64,000 nt of DNA from Eubacteriales bacterium (GTDB lineage: Bacteria > Bacillota > Clostridia > Oscillospirales > CAG-272): NCBI GenBank assembly GCA_034101145.1, contig JAXEKG010000003.1:135419-199418 (forward strand). Direction: 5' to 3'. Each line of letters opens with the position of its first letter. Position 1 is the stretch's first letter. Below, piece after piece: positions 1 to 10,231 of this stretch. The notes under the pieces are model-generated. The model searched no databases, was not told the DNA's origin, and saw only the letters and a program-made list of their open reading frames with translations. Position numbers and translations under genes: made by a program.

Positions 1-750
1 TCCGGATATTGTTATAACCTCGGGGGTATCGTCAACTATAAGTTCTACGCCCGTCAGCGTCTCTATCGAACGGATATTTCTGCCCTCGCGTCCGATGATT
101 CTTCCCTTCATTTCTTCATTCGGCAGATTAACTACCGATATGGTAGCCTCTCCTACGTGATCTGCGGCACATCTCTGTATCGCCATGGAGAGTATCTCTT
201 TTGCCATTTCACCGCTTTCCTCGCGGAATCTCGCTTCATATTCGGAGAGTCTAATCGCTGTTTCGTGCGATATTTCGCTTTCCATACGGTGAAGAAGCTC
301 GTCCTTTGCCTCCGACGCCGTGGTTCCGGATATTTTTTCCAGAGCGGTTATTTGCTCATTCAGCTTCTCCTGTATCTTTTCTTTGAGTTCTTCTGCCTCT
401 CTCTGAGTATTCTGAAGTATCTGCTCCTTTTTTTCGAGGGCGTCGGTCTTGGAATCGAGGCTCTCCTCCTTTTGCGCTATTCTGCGTTCCTGTCTGGCGA
501 CTTCCTTACGCCTTTCCCTAAGCTCGGCTTCCGCCTCGTTTCTTATTGCGAGGACCTCTTCCTTAACCCCGATAACGGCTTCCTTTCTCTTTGTCTCTGC
601 ATCTCGGATTGCATCCTCGACTATTTCCTTTGCGGTTTTCTTTGCTTCATCGGTTTTCTTTTCTTCGTGCTTTTTGCAATATATAAACCCGATAACGGAA
701 CCGACAACAAGTCCGATAACTGCGGCAACTGCGTAATAAATCCATTCCAT
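1..750 (-). CDS. rny: Ribonuclease Y, N-terminal ~250 codons (3' end runs off the window)
   Basis: Own reverse-strand translation from ATG 748-750 gives [30 protein letters not shown] (N-terminal TM helix), then a K/E-rich coiled coil, then a KH-like ...[40 protein letters not shown] lies 8 nt upstream. It is missing from the ORF track because no stop falls in the window. The 157..771 + ORF is its antisense shadow. Confidence 0.85.
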   Translation of the reverse strand, partial: MEWIYYAVAAVIGLVVGSVIGFIYCKKHEEKKTDEAKKTAKEIVEDAIRDAETKRKEAVIGVKEEVLAIRNEAEAELRERRKEVARQERRIAQKEESLDSKTDALEKKEQILQNTQREAEELKEKIQEKLNEQITALEKISGTTASEAKDELLHRMESEISHETAIRLSEYEARFREESGEMAKEILSMAIQRCAADHVGEATISVVNLPNEEMKGRIIGREGRNIRSIETLTGVELIVDDTPEVITISG

Positions 751-1040
751 ATCAAACACCTCCTTGTTTGATTTTCATATATAATGAAATAATTAAGTTA
801 ATATTTCTGACGGTCAATATATAGATTGGCTTTCGCCACGCAAAAATCTGTCAGATACAAATATTATATAATAAATAATTTATAATGTCAAGATAAAATC
901 GGGACGCAACACACATTCGTCTTGTTTTGCGGAAAAACTCAAAAAATCCGTGTAATACGCCGAAAAGGGACGGATTTTAGCAGTCTCGACTGCCTTTTAA
1001 TAAATTTTCAAAAAATTTTTTGATATTTTGGAAAAAACTA

Positions 1041-1069
1041 TTGACAAACGCAATACAAAGTGCTACTCT
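1041..1069 (+). promoter_or_regulatory. Putative sigma-A-type promoter of the hrcA operon
   Basis: TTGACA (1041-1046), 17-nt spacer, TACTCT (1064-1069) preceded by TGc. It sits immediately upstream of CIRCE. The -10 is weak. Confidence 0.4.
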
Positions 1070-1081
1070 TAAATACAGAAA

Positions 1082-1108
1082 TTAGCACTCGGCAAACAAG
1101 AGTGCTAA
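1082..1108. promoter_or_regulatory. CIRCE operator (HrcA binding site)
   Basis: TTAGCACTC-N9-GAGTGCTAA is a perfect match to the CIRCE inverted-repeat consensus, 18 nt upstream of the hrcA start. Confidence 0.9.
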
Positions 1109-1125
1109 ACGGAAAGGAGAGTGAA

Positions 1126-2217
1126 ATGATGTTCGACAGCAATCTAAGCGAGAGAAAAAAACAGATACTGAAGGCAATAATCGACGCTCATATAGCGTTC
1201 GGCGAGCCTGTCGGCTCAAAGTACCTTGCAGAGAAAGAAAACATTTCATGCTCTCCCGCAACGATACGAAACGAGATGGCAGAGCTGGAAGCTCTCGGAT
1301 ATCTCGAACAGCCGCATACGTCTGCAGGAAGAATTCCATCGGAGCTCGGCTACCGCTTCTACGTTGATTCACTCGTACGCAGATACACGATGACCACGCG
1401 TGAAATCGAGGAAATAGACCGTTCGCTTCACAAGAAGTTATCCCAGATAGACCAGATTCTTGCGGAAGCATCGAAGCTCGCCTCCTCATTCACCAACTAT
1501 ACGGGCATTGCAGTAAAGCCAAAAACGGAAAGAGTAACCGTCAGCCGCTTTGAAGGTATTTTCATTGACGAATACAATTTTATCCTCGTTATGATATTCC
1601 CCGACGGAAACGCAAAAACAAAGACCGTAAGACATCAGGAGGTCGTATCCTCCGCCGAGCTCGCGGTGCTGATAGCGTCGCTTAACGAAAAACTGACCGG
1701 CAAAAGCGCAAACGAAGTATCCGTTTCAGCAATAATGGATATCGAAAAGAGACTTCCCACATGTTCGTCAATAGTATCCCCCGTTATAAAAACGGTATAT
1801 GAAACTCTCTCTGAAATAGGTGGCGGCGACGTCCGCATCGAGGGTGTCAACAACCTGTTGAGTTACCCCGAATACGCCGATGTATCTTCCGTAAAGGGAC
1901 TCATAGATATGTTCGAGCACAAGGACGAGATACTGTCCCTCGTTTCCTCTGATGAAACAATCGACGATAAAGTCAACGTATATATCGGAAAAGAGAACTC
2001 CGTAAATATAATGAATAATTCCGCCCTTGTTTTCCGTACAATCAAGAGGGGTTCCGACGTGGTTGGCGCAATAGGCGTTATAGGTCCGTGCCGTATGAAT
2101 TATTCAAAGGTTATTTCAACGATAGACCGTCTCGCCCGCGGCATTGACGACATGCTTAACTCATCCGGACAGGATTTCGGAGATGACGACAACGATTATA
2201 CAAAAAGGAACAGGTAG
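1126..2217 (+). CDS. hrcA: Heat-inducible transcription repressor HrcA
   Basis: MMFDSNLSERKKQILKAIIDAHIAFGEPVGSKYL... is a typical HrcA N-terminal winged helix. GGAGAG SD precedes ATG 1126; the track ORF start at 1060 overlaps CIRCE. First gene of hrcA-grpE-dnaK-dnaJ. Confidence 0.9.
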   Translation: MMFDSNLSERKKQILKAIIDAHIAFGEPVGSKYLAEKENISCSPATIRNEMAELEALGYLEQPHTSAGRIPSELGYRFYVDSLVRRYTMTTREIEEIDRSLHKKLSQIDQILAEASKLASSFTNYTGIAVKPKTERVTVSRFEGIFIDEYNFILVMIFPDGNAKTKTVRHQEVVSSAELAVLIASLNEKLTGKSANEVSVSAIMDIEKRLPTCSSIVSPVIKTVYETLSEIGGGDVRIEGVNNLLSYPEYADVSSVKGLIDMFEHKDEILSLVSSDETIDDKVNVYIGKENSVNIMNNSALVFRTIKRGSDVVGAIGVIGPCRMNYSKVISTIDRLARGIDDMLNSSGQDFGDDDNDYTKRNR

Positions 2218-2227
2218 GAACTGAATA

Positions 2228-2809
2228 ATGGATAACGAAAAAAAAGATAATACAGAGCTTGACAACACCGAAGCCGAAGGCAAAAGCCAAGACGGTATAT
2301 CCGAAAAAGAAGTAAAGACGACGGAAGATACCGAAGAAAAAGCAAAAGATGCAAACGGCTCCGAGCAGCTCAGCGATGAGCTGTCGGCAAAGGATAAAGA
2401 GATAGCCGAACTCAAAGACAAATATCTTCGCCTCGCCGCAGAATACGACAACTTCCGCAAGAGAAGCTCAAAGGAGCGCGACGGAATTTATACCGACGCC
2501 GTATCCGATACTGTTAAGGAAATTCTGCCCGTAATCGACAATCTCGAGCGTGCCTCTCTGTACAGCGATGCAAAGAATGTTGCCGAGGGTCTGAAGCTCA
2601 CCGCAAAAGGTGCCGCGGCAATGCTCGCAAAGCTCGGTATAACCGAATTTGCAAAGGAGGGGGAGCACTTCGACCCCACTCTGCACAATGCGGTTATGCA
2701 CGTAGAGGACGAAGAGCACGGCGAGGGAGTAATCGTAGAGGTATTTCAGAAGGGATACCGTCGCGGTGACAAAATCATAAGATACGCCATGGTAAAGGTT
2801 GCTAACTGA
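2228..2809 (+). CDS. grpE: Nucleotide exchange factor GrpE
   Basis: Acidic N-terminus, then KDKYLRLAAEYDNFRKR...GYRRGDKIIRYAMVKV, the GrpE signature. Sits between hrcA and dnaK. Confidence 0.9.
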   Translation: MDNEKKDNTELDNTEAEGKSQDGISEKEVKTTEDTEEKAKDANGSEQLSDELSAKDKEIAELKDKYLRLAAEYDNFRKRSSKERDGIYTDAVSDTVKEILPVIDNLERASLYSDAKNVAEGLKLTAKGAAAMLAKLGITEFAKEGEHFDPTLHNAVMHVEDEEHGEGVIVEVFQKGYRRGDKIIRYAMVKVAN

Positions 2810-2884
2810 ACGGCAAATGCCCGACAGTTTCAATATACAAATTTGTAAAAAACTAACATATTATATATTTGGAGGAAAATTATT

Positions 2885-4738
2885 ATGGGAAAAATCATAG
2901 GTATAGACTTAGGAACAACAAACTCCTGCGTTGCGGTTTATGAGGGTGGAGAGCCCGTCGTTATACCGAACCCCGAGGGAGCAAGAACGACTCCGTCCGT
3001 TGTCGGATTTTCAAAAACTGGCGAGAGAATGATAGGTCAGGTTGCAAAGCGTCAGGCAATTACCAACCCCGACAGAACCGTTATGAGCATAAAGCGTCAC
3101 ATGGGTACCGATTACAAGGTAGAGATTGAGGGTAAGAAGTATACTCCTCAGGAAATATCCGCCATGATTCTGCAAAAACTGAAAGCGGATGCGGAGAGCT
3201 ACCTCGGTCAGCCCGTTACGGAAGCCGTAATCACCGTCCCCGCATATTTCTCGGACGCACAGAGACAGGCAACCAAGGATGCGGGCAAAATCGCAGGACT
3301 CGAAGTAAAGCGTATTATAAACGAGCCTACTGCCGCGGCTCTCGCGTACGGTATGGATAAAGAAGAGAACCAGAAGATAATGGTATTCGACCTTGGCGGA
3401 GGAACGTTCGATGTATCGATACTCGATATATCCGACGGAGTATTCGAGGTTCTGGCAACCAACGGAGATACGCATCTGGGAGGCGACGACTTCGATCAGA
3501 AGCTTATAGACTGGATGGCAGATAAGTTCAGCGCCGAGCACGGCATCGACCTGCGCAAGGATAAAATGGTGCTTCAGAGGCTCAAGGATGCCGCAGAAAA
3601 AGCAAAGATTGAGCTTTCGGGTATGACAACCACCGAAATCAATCTGCCTTTCATTACGGCAACGGCAGAAGGCCCTCTCCATTTCCAGGCAAACCTCACC
3701 CGTGCGGAATTCGACAGAATCACCGCAGACCTGGTTGAAAGAACGATGGGCCCGACAAGGAAGGCTCTCGCAGACGCAGGCCTCTCCGCGTCTGATATAG
3801 ATAAGGTGCTTCTCGTCGGAGGTTCCACAAGAATCCCCGCTGTACAGGAGGCCGTAAAGAAATTCATAGGCAAAGAGCCGTTCAAGGGCATCAACCCCGA
3901 TGAATGTGTCGCAATCGGAGCCGCAATACAGGGCGGCGTGCTTGTAGGCGACGTCAAAGATTTGCTTCTTCTCGACGTAACTCCGCTCTCACTCGGTATC
4001 GAGACTCTGGGCGGTGTGTTCAACAAGATAATAGAACGTAATACCACCATCCCGGTAAAGAAGAGTCAGATTTACTCGACCGCGGCAGACAATCAGACCT
4101 CCGTTGAAATTCACGTCCTTCAGGGCGAGCGTGAAATGGCGAGCGGAAACACCACTCTCGGCCGTTTCGTTCTCGACGGAATCCCTGCAGCACCCAGAGG
4201 GGTACCGCAGATAGAGGTTACCTTTGATATAGATGCAAACGGTATCGTAAACGTAACCGCAAAAGACAAGGGCACGGGTAAGGAACAGCACATTACCATT
4301 ACCTCCTCAACCAACATGAGTAAGGAAGATATAGACCGTGCCGTCAAGGAAGCGGAGAAGTTCGCAGACGAGGATAAGAAGCAGAAGGAAGCCGTTGAAG
4401 TCAAGAACCGTGCGGACTCGCTGATATTCCAGTCCGAGAAAGCTCTCACCGACCTCGGCGATAAGGTAACAGACGCAGATAAAGCACCCGTTACCGAGGC
4501 TATAAATAAACTGAAGGAAACCGTAAAGAGCAACGACACCGAGGCCATCAAAGCAGACACCGAAGCTCTTGAAAAAGCATTCTACGCAATATCCGAGAAG
4601 CTCTATCAGCAAAACGCGCAGAACGGTCAGGGCGGCGCGCAGGGCTTTGACCCGAATGCAGGTGCAAACGGCAATGCGGGAACCGACCAGAACGGCACTT
4701 ACTACGGTGCAGACTACGAGGATAAAACAAACAAATAA
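2885..4738 (+). CDS. dnaK: Molecular chaperone DnaK (Hsp70)
   Basis: [23 protein letters not shown] and [14 protein letters not shown] motifs. GGAGG SD. Confidence 0.97.
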   Translation: MGKIIGIDLGTTNSCVAVYEGGEPVVIPNPEGARTTPSVVGFSKTGERMIGQVAKRQAITNPDRTVMSIKRHMGTDYKVEIEGKKYTPQEISAMILQKLKADAESYLGQPVTEAVITVPAYFSDAQRQATKDAGKIAGLEVKRIINEPTAAALAYGMDKEENQKIMVFDLGGGTFDVSILDISDGVFEVLATNGDTHLGGDDFDQKLIDWMADKFSAEHGIDLRKDKMVLQRLKDAAEKAKIELSGMTTTEINLPFITATAEGPLHFQANLTRAEFDRITADLVERTMGPTRKALADAGLSASDIDKVLLVGGSTRIPAVQEAVKKFIGKEPFKGINPDECVAIGAAIQGGVLVGDVKDLLLLDVTPLSLGIETLGGVFNKIIERNTTIPVKKSQIYSTAADNQTSVEIHVLQGEREMASGNTTLGRFVLDGIPAAPRGVPQIEVTFDIDANGIVNVTAKDKGTGKEQHITITSSTNMSKEDIDRAVKEAEKFADEDKKQKEAVEVKNRADSLIFQSEKALTDLGDKVTDADKAPVTEAINKLKETVKSNDTEAIKADTEALEKAFYAISEKLYQQNAQNGQGGAQGFDPNAGANGNAGTDQNGTYYGADYEDKTNK

Positions 4739-4878
4739 TCCGAAAAAGCAAGCGAACTTGCTTTGCATAACAGGCAACTGCGGGGGAGGGTCCGGGACTT
4801 ATCCTATGACCTCTCCCGTTTGTTCCGTGTATGCTTTACATTTTTCGAATTCCATTTTTATAGGACCGAGGGAGTATT

Positions 4879-6015
4879 ATGGCAGAAAAAAGAGATTATT
4901 ACGAGGTTTTGGGCGTAAGCAAAACCGCAACTGCGGACGAACTCAAAAAAGCGTACAGAACACTCGCAAAAAAATATCATCCGGATATGAACCCGGACAA
5001 TCCCGAGGCGGAACAGAAATTCAAGGAAGTCAATGAGGCTTACGCCGTACTTTCCGACCCGGATAAGAGAAGCAAGTACGACCAGTACGGTCATGCGGCA
5101 TTCGACCCGTCCTCCGGATTCGGCGGAGGGCAGGGATTTGACGCATCCGGTTTCGGAGGATTTGACTTCGGAGATATATTCTCGTCGTTCTTCGGCGGCA
5201 CAACGTCGTCGGGTTCACGCAGAAACGGGCCGATAGACGGCGATGACGTCTATACACGAATAACCCTGTCCTTTGAGGAGGCTGTTTTCGGCTGTAAAAA
5301 AGACGTCTCGTTCAACAGAATAGAGAACTGCCCCGACTGCTCGGGAACAGGCGCCGAAAAGGGCACAACCCCCGAGACGTGTACCCAGTGTCACGGAAGC
5401 GGCAGAGTAACGGTGCAGCAGCGTTCCCCTTTCGGCATCATGCAGTCCACCCGCGCATGCCCCACGTGCGGCGGTACAGGCAAAATAATCAAAACCCCCT
5501 GCAAGAACTGCAAGGGTAAAGGAAAAATCAAGATAACGAAGAAAATCGCCGTGACGATACCGTCGGGCATAGACAACGGGCAGAGGATTGCCCTGCGCGG
5601 CGAAGGAAACACCGGCGTTAACGGAGGTATCAACGGAGATCTTCTCATCGAGGTTATGGTAAGGCCCCATGCATATTTCGAGCGTCGCGGCAACGACATA
5701 TACTGCGATGAGCCGATAACCTTCGCAGACGCCGCGCTCGGAGCCGAGATAGACGTCCCAACCCTCGAAGGAACGACAAAATACACTATCCCCGAGGGAA
5801 CGCAGAGCGGTACGTCGTTTACCCTCAAAGGTAAGGGCGTTCCTAACATAAACACCAAGAGACGAGGAGATTTAATAGTTACGGTAAACGTTGAAGTCCC
5901 CAAAAATCTCTCCGGCGAGCAAAAGGATATATTGCGCAAATTTGCGTCCAGCTGCAAAGACTCGAACAATTCCAAAAGGGAATCATTCTTCAAAAAGATT
6001 TTCAACAAAAAATGA
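4879..6015 (+). CDS. dnaJ: Co-chaperone DnaJ
   Basis: J domain (YYEVLGV...KKYHPD), G/F-rich region and four CxxCxGxG zinc-finger repeats. Confidence 0.95.
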   Translation: MAEKRDYYEVLGVSKTATADELKKAYRTLAKKYHPDMNPDNPEAEQKFKEVNEAYAVLSDPDKRSKYDQYGHAAFDPSSGFGGGQGFDASGFGGFDFGDIFSSFFGGTTSSGSRRNGPIDGDDVYTRITLSFEEAVFGCKKDVSFNRIENCPDCSGTGAEKGTTPETCTQCHGSGRVTVQQRSPFGIMQSTRACPTCGGTGKIIKTPCKNCKGKGKIKITKKIAVTIPSGIDNGQRIALRGEGNTGVNGGINGDLLIEVMVRPHAYFERRGNDIYCDEPITFADAALGAEIDVPTLEGTTKYTIPEGTQSGTSFTLKGKGVPNINTKRRGDLIVTVNVEVPKNLSGEQKDILRKFASSCKDSNNSKRESFFKKIFNKK

Positions 6016-6026
6016 TTTTCATACTT

Positions 6027-6175
6027 AAAAGGGGCTGAGTCAAATTGAAAAATTTGATTTTCACCCTATACAAAAGCAAAAAAACCAAGACAAATCATAT
6101 GATTTGAGCTTGGTTTTTTGTTATGGCTGCACATAACTTTCACAATTTGTTAATGCTATGACTCAGCACCTTTTT
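6027..6175. repeat. Composite intergenic module, copy 1 (post-stop hairpin motif + bidirectional terminator + mirrored motif)
   Basis: AAAAGGGGCTGAGTCAAATTGAAAAATTTGATTTTCACCCTATACAAAAG, terminator, ...CTTTCACAATTTGTTAATGC...TGACTCAGCACCTTTTT. It aligns by eye along most of its length with 13716-13836. Confidence 0.5.
6077..6120. terminator. Bidirectional rho-independent terminator (dnaJ / GH2 convergent pair)
   Basis: A-run, then stem CCAAG-A-CAAATCA-TA-TGATTTG-AG-CTTGG, then T-run. Confidence 0.8.
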
Positions 6176-6177
6176 GT

Positions 6178-9048
6178 TTATTCGGAGAGAATTTGACTCT
6201 CGAAGCCGTCGTGAGCATAGAAACGTGCTTTCAGTCTCTGTGCTATCGGATTTTCCTCTCGCAGGTCTACCTGGCATATAATATATCTCTTTCCGCCTAC
6301 CGTCTTTTCCGCGGCGGCGAGGGCAGGCGCCCAATCACCGTTTGCATCCTTGTTGCCCGTTATCAGAATAGGAGTAAACCCGTCTGCCTCAAAGGTGTTG
6401 TATATGATAGGAGTTATCATATCCTCATCCTTATTCCAGAAGTAGGAGAAGTCCTTGGGCTCGAAGTCCTTCACAATCGGATGTCCCGTTTTTCTTGAGA
6501 CGAAGTGGAGGGGAAGCATACCGCACGGCTTTACCGTAACGCTCTCCCCGGCGATATTGTATTTGCCGGGCTTGAGCATTGATATAATCTCGACGTCAGG
6601 ATATTCGGTATATTCTATCGGTTTGAAAACCTCGATGTTCTGGGTATTATAGGTTATCGCCTTTCCGTCAGCATCGAGAAGTATGGCCTTGAGAACGTAT
6701 TTTTCACGGTCCTCAACCGTCGGTGCCTCAAAGCATGCACTCGACGAATATTTTGCACTGCACGCGGTGAGTGATGCACTCTTCTCTCCCTTCATCAGAA
6801 GCTTTGAGTCCTTATCGTAGAGCTCGTAGACTACCGTATAATCCTTTCCTTCTTCTTGAGTGTCGTTACATATATGAGCCTCTATCCTTACGTCTTCACC
6901 CGAATAATAGGTAAAGCGGTCTGTGCGCAGGCTGAGCATTATGGGTTCGAGTGCGTTTCTGTATGCAAAATATGCGCTCTTCGGATTTCTCTTGCAGTCC
7001 ATTATGGTTTTCATCCATCCGCTCGGCCATGCGTCGATAAAGAGATGAATGGCGAAGGTTACCATAAGGTCGTTGCGACGGAATGCCTCCGTCATCATCT
7101 TCGTTGCAAAATACTGATGCTCGTGGCTCGCCTTTACCCATTCTTCCATACTGTCCTGTTTATCATAGAAGAAGTGATAGAAGCTACCCGTCTGTGATCT
7201 GACGATATTGCCGGGGAAGAACGGCTCTTTTATCCATTCCTTCGGATAGCACTCGCGCATAACCTCGGGAAAATCAAGCCCCTCTGCGCCGAACTCTCCG
7301 CATCCGCAATACCAGCCCGGCTTTATGCTGAGCCAATATCCGCGATGCAGTCTTCCTATATCTATACCGTGCCCGTTATACCACATAGGATAGCAGTGGT
7401 TGTCCGGCAGGCTGTCGCAGGGCGGGTCGTAGTCACCGTCAACGTGCTTTATGACACGGTCGGGGTTGTTAAGCAGAACGGCAGAGTCGCACGCCTCGAA
7501 AAAGGTCTGAAGCTCCTTCCTCGTCAGATGTCGGTGCGGCTCGTTTTTGGCATTCGGAAACGGCTCGTTAATATAGGATATAACGACATTGCAGGGGTGG
7601 TTGCGTACCATACGTTCCATCTCCTCAGCCTGTCTTACGCCCTCGCAGAATTTGTTTCTGCGCATACAGCCGAAGAGAGGAAGATCCGTCTGAGTCATCA
7701 GACCCAGCATGTCGCACACGGTATATATCTCATCCTGAACAGGTCTCTGCGTAAGCCTTAAAAAGTTCATATTGCAGAGCTTTGCAAGCAGCATATCGTC
7801 TATAAGCTGATTTATATCTCCCCTAAGAACATCCTGCTGTTCAAAGCCCATCGTGTTTGCTCCGCGAAGTCTGGTTTTTCTGCCGTTGAGGTAGAACATA
7901 CCGCGCGGTTTGGATTCGTTATCCTGTGTAAAGGAACGCATACCGAACGTTGATTTTCTGCGGTCGCAAAGCTGTCCGTCAAGAAGCATTTCAACATGAA
8001 GACGGTAGAGATACGGGGCGTCGGGCTCCCATATTTTCACGTCCTTTATATCGATTACGGTCTTATATACGTTCTTGCCGTACTGTGCCGGCATGGTGAT
8101 TCCGTTTCCGAGACTGGATTTGAGTTCTGCCTCGGTAAGACTGTCCCCACGTCCGACGGTCAATATCGTTTTCGGTATAAATTCTTTCTTTTCAAATTCG
8201 GTGTGCTTGAAATTCTGCCCGTAAAGTGACAAAGAGAAATATACGTCCTTGCGTGCGTGCTCGGTATTCTGAATCTCAATCCATACCTCCGCACGGCTCT
8301 CTGAGAGCATGGGACGTACGTATACGTCTGTGATATGAAGATGATTTCTCTCCTCTATACCTACCTTGTTGTATATGCCCATTCCGGGAGGACAGTGATG
8401 CCAGCCGACTGCGGGGTCGTCCCAGCCAAGTCCCGTTGCGGCATACAGCTTGTCTCCCTCGGCAGACGCTATGTTCGCAAAAGCGTTTCCACCGTATATA
8501 CAGTCGTTGTCAACCACGACTCGGAGGGTGTTTTCGCCGTTTTTTACGGCTTTCGTTATCTCAAACTCAAACGGAGAGAAAAAGCCCTCGTGTATACCTA
8601 CACATTCGCCGTTAACGTATACGGTTGCGATATAGTCAACTCCGCCGAAGGTGACGTAGTAAGCCTTATCCGCTTTTACCTCATCTATGTTGAAGGTGGT
8701 CTCGTATTCCTTGCGAGCAGGCCCCTGAGGCGCTCCGTAATGCGGTATTTTCACCTTTTCTTTTCCGTCGAGCACAAATTCGGTGATTTCCGTGCGAACG
8801 GTTGTTGTAACGACTTCCGGAGCATTGTTCCGAAGGAACCTTTCATACTTCGACCTCATTTTTGCGAGAGCGTCGTATAGCTCCTCTTTAGTGTCCATCT
8901 TTTTCTCGGTTGCGACAGGCCTGTCGCCGAGGGTGGGACGCAGAGTGCATTTTCTCTCCCTCATTCTTTTCGGTTTTGGGTCATAGAGCAACTCTTTTCT
9001 TCCGCCGATGCCGCCGGCAGCTATGTCTGCAAATACGTCGTTTGCCAT
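6178..9048 (-). CDS. Glycoside hydrolase family 2-like protein (beta-galactosidase/mannosidase/glucuronidase superfamily)
   Basis: 956 aa. GH2 sugar-binding-type segment YYVTFGGVDYIATVYVNGECVGIHEGFFSPFEFEIT...NTLRVVVDN, and a TIM-barrel segment with VISYINEPFPN (candidate acid/base NE). GGGAGAG SD. Confidence 0.75.
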   Translation of the reverse strand: MANDVFADIAAGGIGGRKELLYDPKPKRMRERKCTLRPTLGDRPVATEKKMDTKEELYDALAKMRSKYERFLRNNAPEVVTTTVRTEITEFVLDGKEKVKIPHYGAPQGPARKEYETTFNIDEVKADKAYYVTFGGVDYIATVYVNGECVGIHEGFFSPFEFEITKAVKNGENTLRVVVDNDCIYGGNAFANIASAEGDKLYAATGLGWDDPAVGWHHCPPGMGIYNKVGIEERNHLHITDVYVRPMLSESRAEVWIEIQNTEHARKDVYFSLSLYGQNFKHTEFEKKEFIPKTILTVGRGDSLTEAELKSSLGNGITMPAQYGKNVYKTVIDIKDVKIWEPDAPYLYRLHVEMLLDGQLCDRRKSTFGMRSFTQDNESKPRGMFYLNGRKTRLRGANTMGFEQQDVLRGDINQLIDDMLLAKLCNMNFLRLTQRPVQDEIYTVCDMLGLMTQTDLPLFGCMRRNKFCEGVRQAEEMERMVRNHPCNVVISYINEPFPNAKNEPHRHLTRKELQTFFEACDSAVLLNNPDRVIKHVDGDYDPPCDSLPDNHCYPMWYNGHGIDIGRLHRGYWLSIKPGWYCGCGEFGAEGLDFPEVMRECYPKEWIKEPFFPGNIVRSQTGSFYHFFYDKQDSMEEWVKASHEHQYFATKMMTEAFRRNDLMVTFAIHLFIDAWPSGWMKTIMDCKRNPKSAYFAYRNALEPIMLSLRTDRFTYYSGEDVRIEAHICNDTQEEGKDYTVVYELYDKDSKLLMKGEKSASLTACSAKYSSSACFEAPTVEDREKYVLKAILLDADGKAITYNTQNIEVFKPIEYTEYPDVEIISMLKPGKYNIAGESVTVKPCGMLPLHFVSRKTGHPIVKDFEPKDFSYFWNKDEDMITPIIYNTFEADGFTPILITGNKDANGDWAPALAAAEKTVGGKRYIICQVDLREENPIAQRLKARFYAHDGFESQILSE

Positions 9049-9213
9049 TTTTCTCTCCCTTTAATTGCGGATAATATTTTTCTATTAGCATTGTAGCATA
9101 TTGCGTTTGCTTTTTCAAGACGTTTACGACACATTGTTTAATTTTCGTTGTTTTGTACGCAAAATCATCAAAACAAAGAATACCTTCTGCAGGGCAAGTC
9201 CGCAGTAAGCGCA

Positions 9214-10074
9214 TTATTCGCCGCCTAAGACATTCGCTGATGCTTTTCTCCACTCTGCGGGAGTCATCTTGCATATTTTCAGAAAAGCTCTGTTGAAATT
9301 TCTCACCGAGCCGAATCCGCACAGATAGGCTATATCGGATATTTTGAAGCTTGTTGAAGACAACATATGCATTGCCTTATCCACCCTTATCGAGGATAAT
9401 ATATTGACGAAACCGTCGCCAAGCCTCTTTTTGATACACCTGCCGAGGTGAACGGGGTGAATGCCGACCATATGAGCCACCGAGTCGAGGGACAAATCTG
9501 TATCGTATTTTTCAGCCATTATTCTCAAGGCCTTTATGAGAATTTCTCCCGTATAAATGTCAGACGCCTCCACAACCTTGTTCTGACGGAAAATCTCCGA
9601 AAACAGAGGATATATCATGGCGGATATATCTATCTCGTCATACGCTACGGTCTCATCATCTTCTACCATTGAAAGTTTGATTTTGTCTATCATCTCGTCT
9701 GACAGTTTCGTTTTATTCGGCACAAGCTCACTTCTGTCGGTTCGTTTTTCTATGGGAGGAAATTCGTCTATATTAAACATAATCACCGCGGCACTGCTCT
9801 CACCCACGGAAAAAAATGCGTGAACGGAGAGGCTGTTTACAAAGAAGGCCTCGCCCGCACAGACAATAAATTCGCGGGAATTGCAAAGAATACGCACTTT
9901 TCCGGAAAAAACGACAAAAACCTCTGCTTGAATATTAACGTGGGGAATGCAGTTTACGTTTGTGCAGCGCCTAATGTACATACCGTCGTAAGTTTTAAGG
10001 GATATCCACCGTGATTTTTGCTCATTTTCGGACGTCTGTTTATCGATTGTTAAATTTTTGTCAATGTTATCCAT
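9214..10074 (-). CDS. AraC family transcriptional regulator (cupin + HTH)
   Basis: The C-terminal double HTH (LSLDSVAHMVGIHPVHLGRCIKK...ISDIAYLCGFGSVRNFNRAFLKICKMTPAEWRK) is AraC-type. Start moved to ATG 10074, which has a GGAGGAG SD. Confidence 0.85.
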   Translation of the reverse strand: MDNIDKNLTIDKQTSENEQKSRWISLKTYDGMYIRRCTNVNCIPHVNIQAEVFVVFSGKVRILCNSREFIVCAGEAFFVNSLSVHAFFSVGESSAAVIMFNIDEFPPIEKRTDRSELVPNKTKLSDEMIDKIKLSMVEDDETVAYDEIDISAMIYPLFSEIFRQNKVVEASDIYTGEILIKALRIMAEKYDTDLSLDSVAHMVGIHPVHLGRCIKKRLGDGFVNILSSIRVDKAMHMLSSTSFKISDIAYLCGFGSVRNFNRAFLKICKMTPAEWRKASANVLGGE

Positions 10075-10231
10075 CAAGCTCCTCCGCAAACAAATTATTT
10101 TACAAGCTGACGTTTACAAAGTCAAGGTTTTACAATATTGTCAAAATGTTTGTTTTTGTCTATAAATTATACACTATATTTCTTGCTTTGTAAAGACTTT
10201 GAGTGTAAAATATCAGTGAGGAGGATAACTT

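Noticed and set aside
157-771. 204-aa and 95-aa plus-strand ORFs at the left edge
   Set aside because: They are F/L/S/C-rich low-complexity translations. They are the antisense shadow of the K/E-rich RNase Y gene, which reads cleanly on the minus strand.
1060-1125. Upstream-extended starts given by the ORF track for hrcA (1060), AraC (10089), ABC ATPase (32090), lipoprotein (39231), WecA-like (49046), XRE-S24 (53597), phosphoesterase (58270) and gyrB (23206)
   Set aside because: In each case an internal ATG has a much better SD and spacing. The extension would also overlap an operator, promoter or repeat, or precede the signal peptide or TM start.
4740-4878. Hairpins between dnaK and dnaJ (AAGCAAG-cgaa-CTTGCTT; GGGAGG...CCTCTCCC) as a possible second CIRCE or terminator
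   Set aside because: There is no CIRCE-like sequence and no T-run. This is probably an internal processing or partial-attenuation hairpin, as commonly seen in dnaK operons. It is not distinctive.
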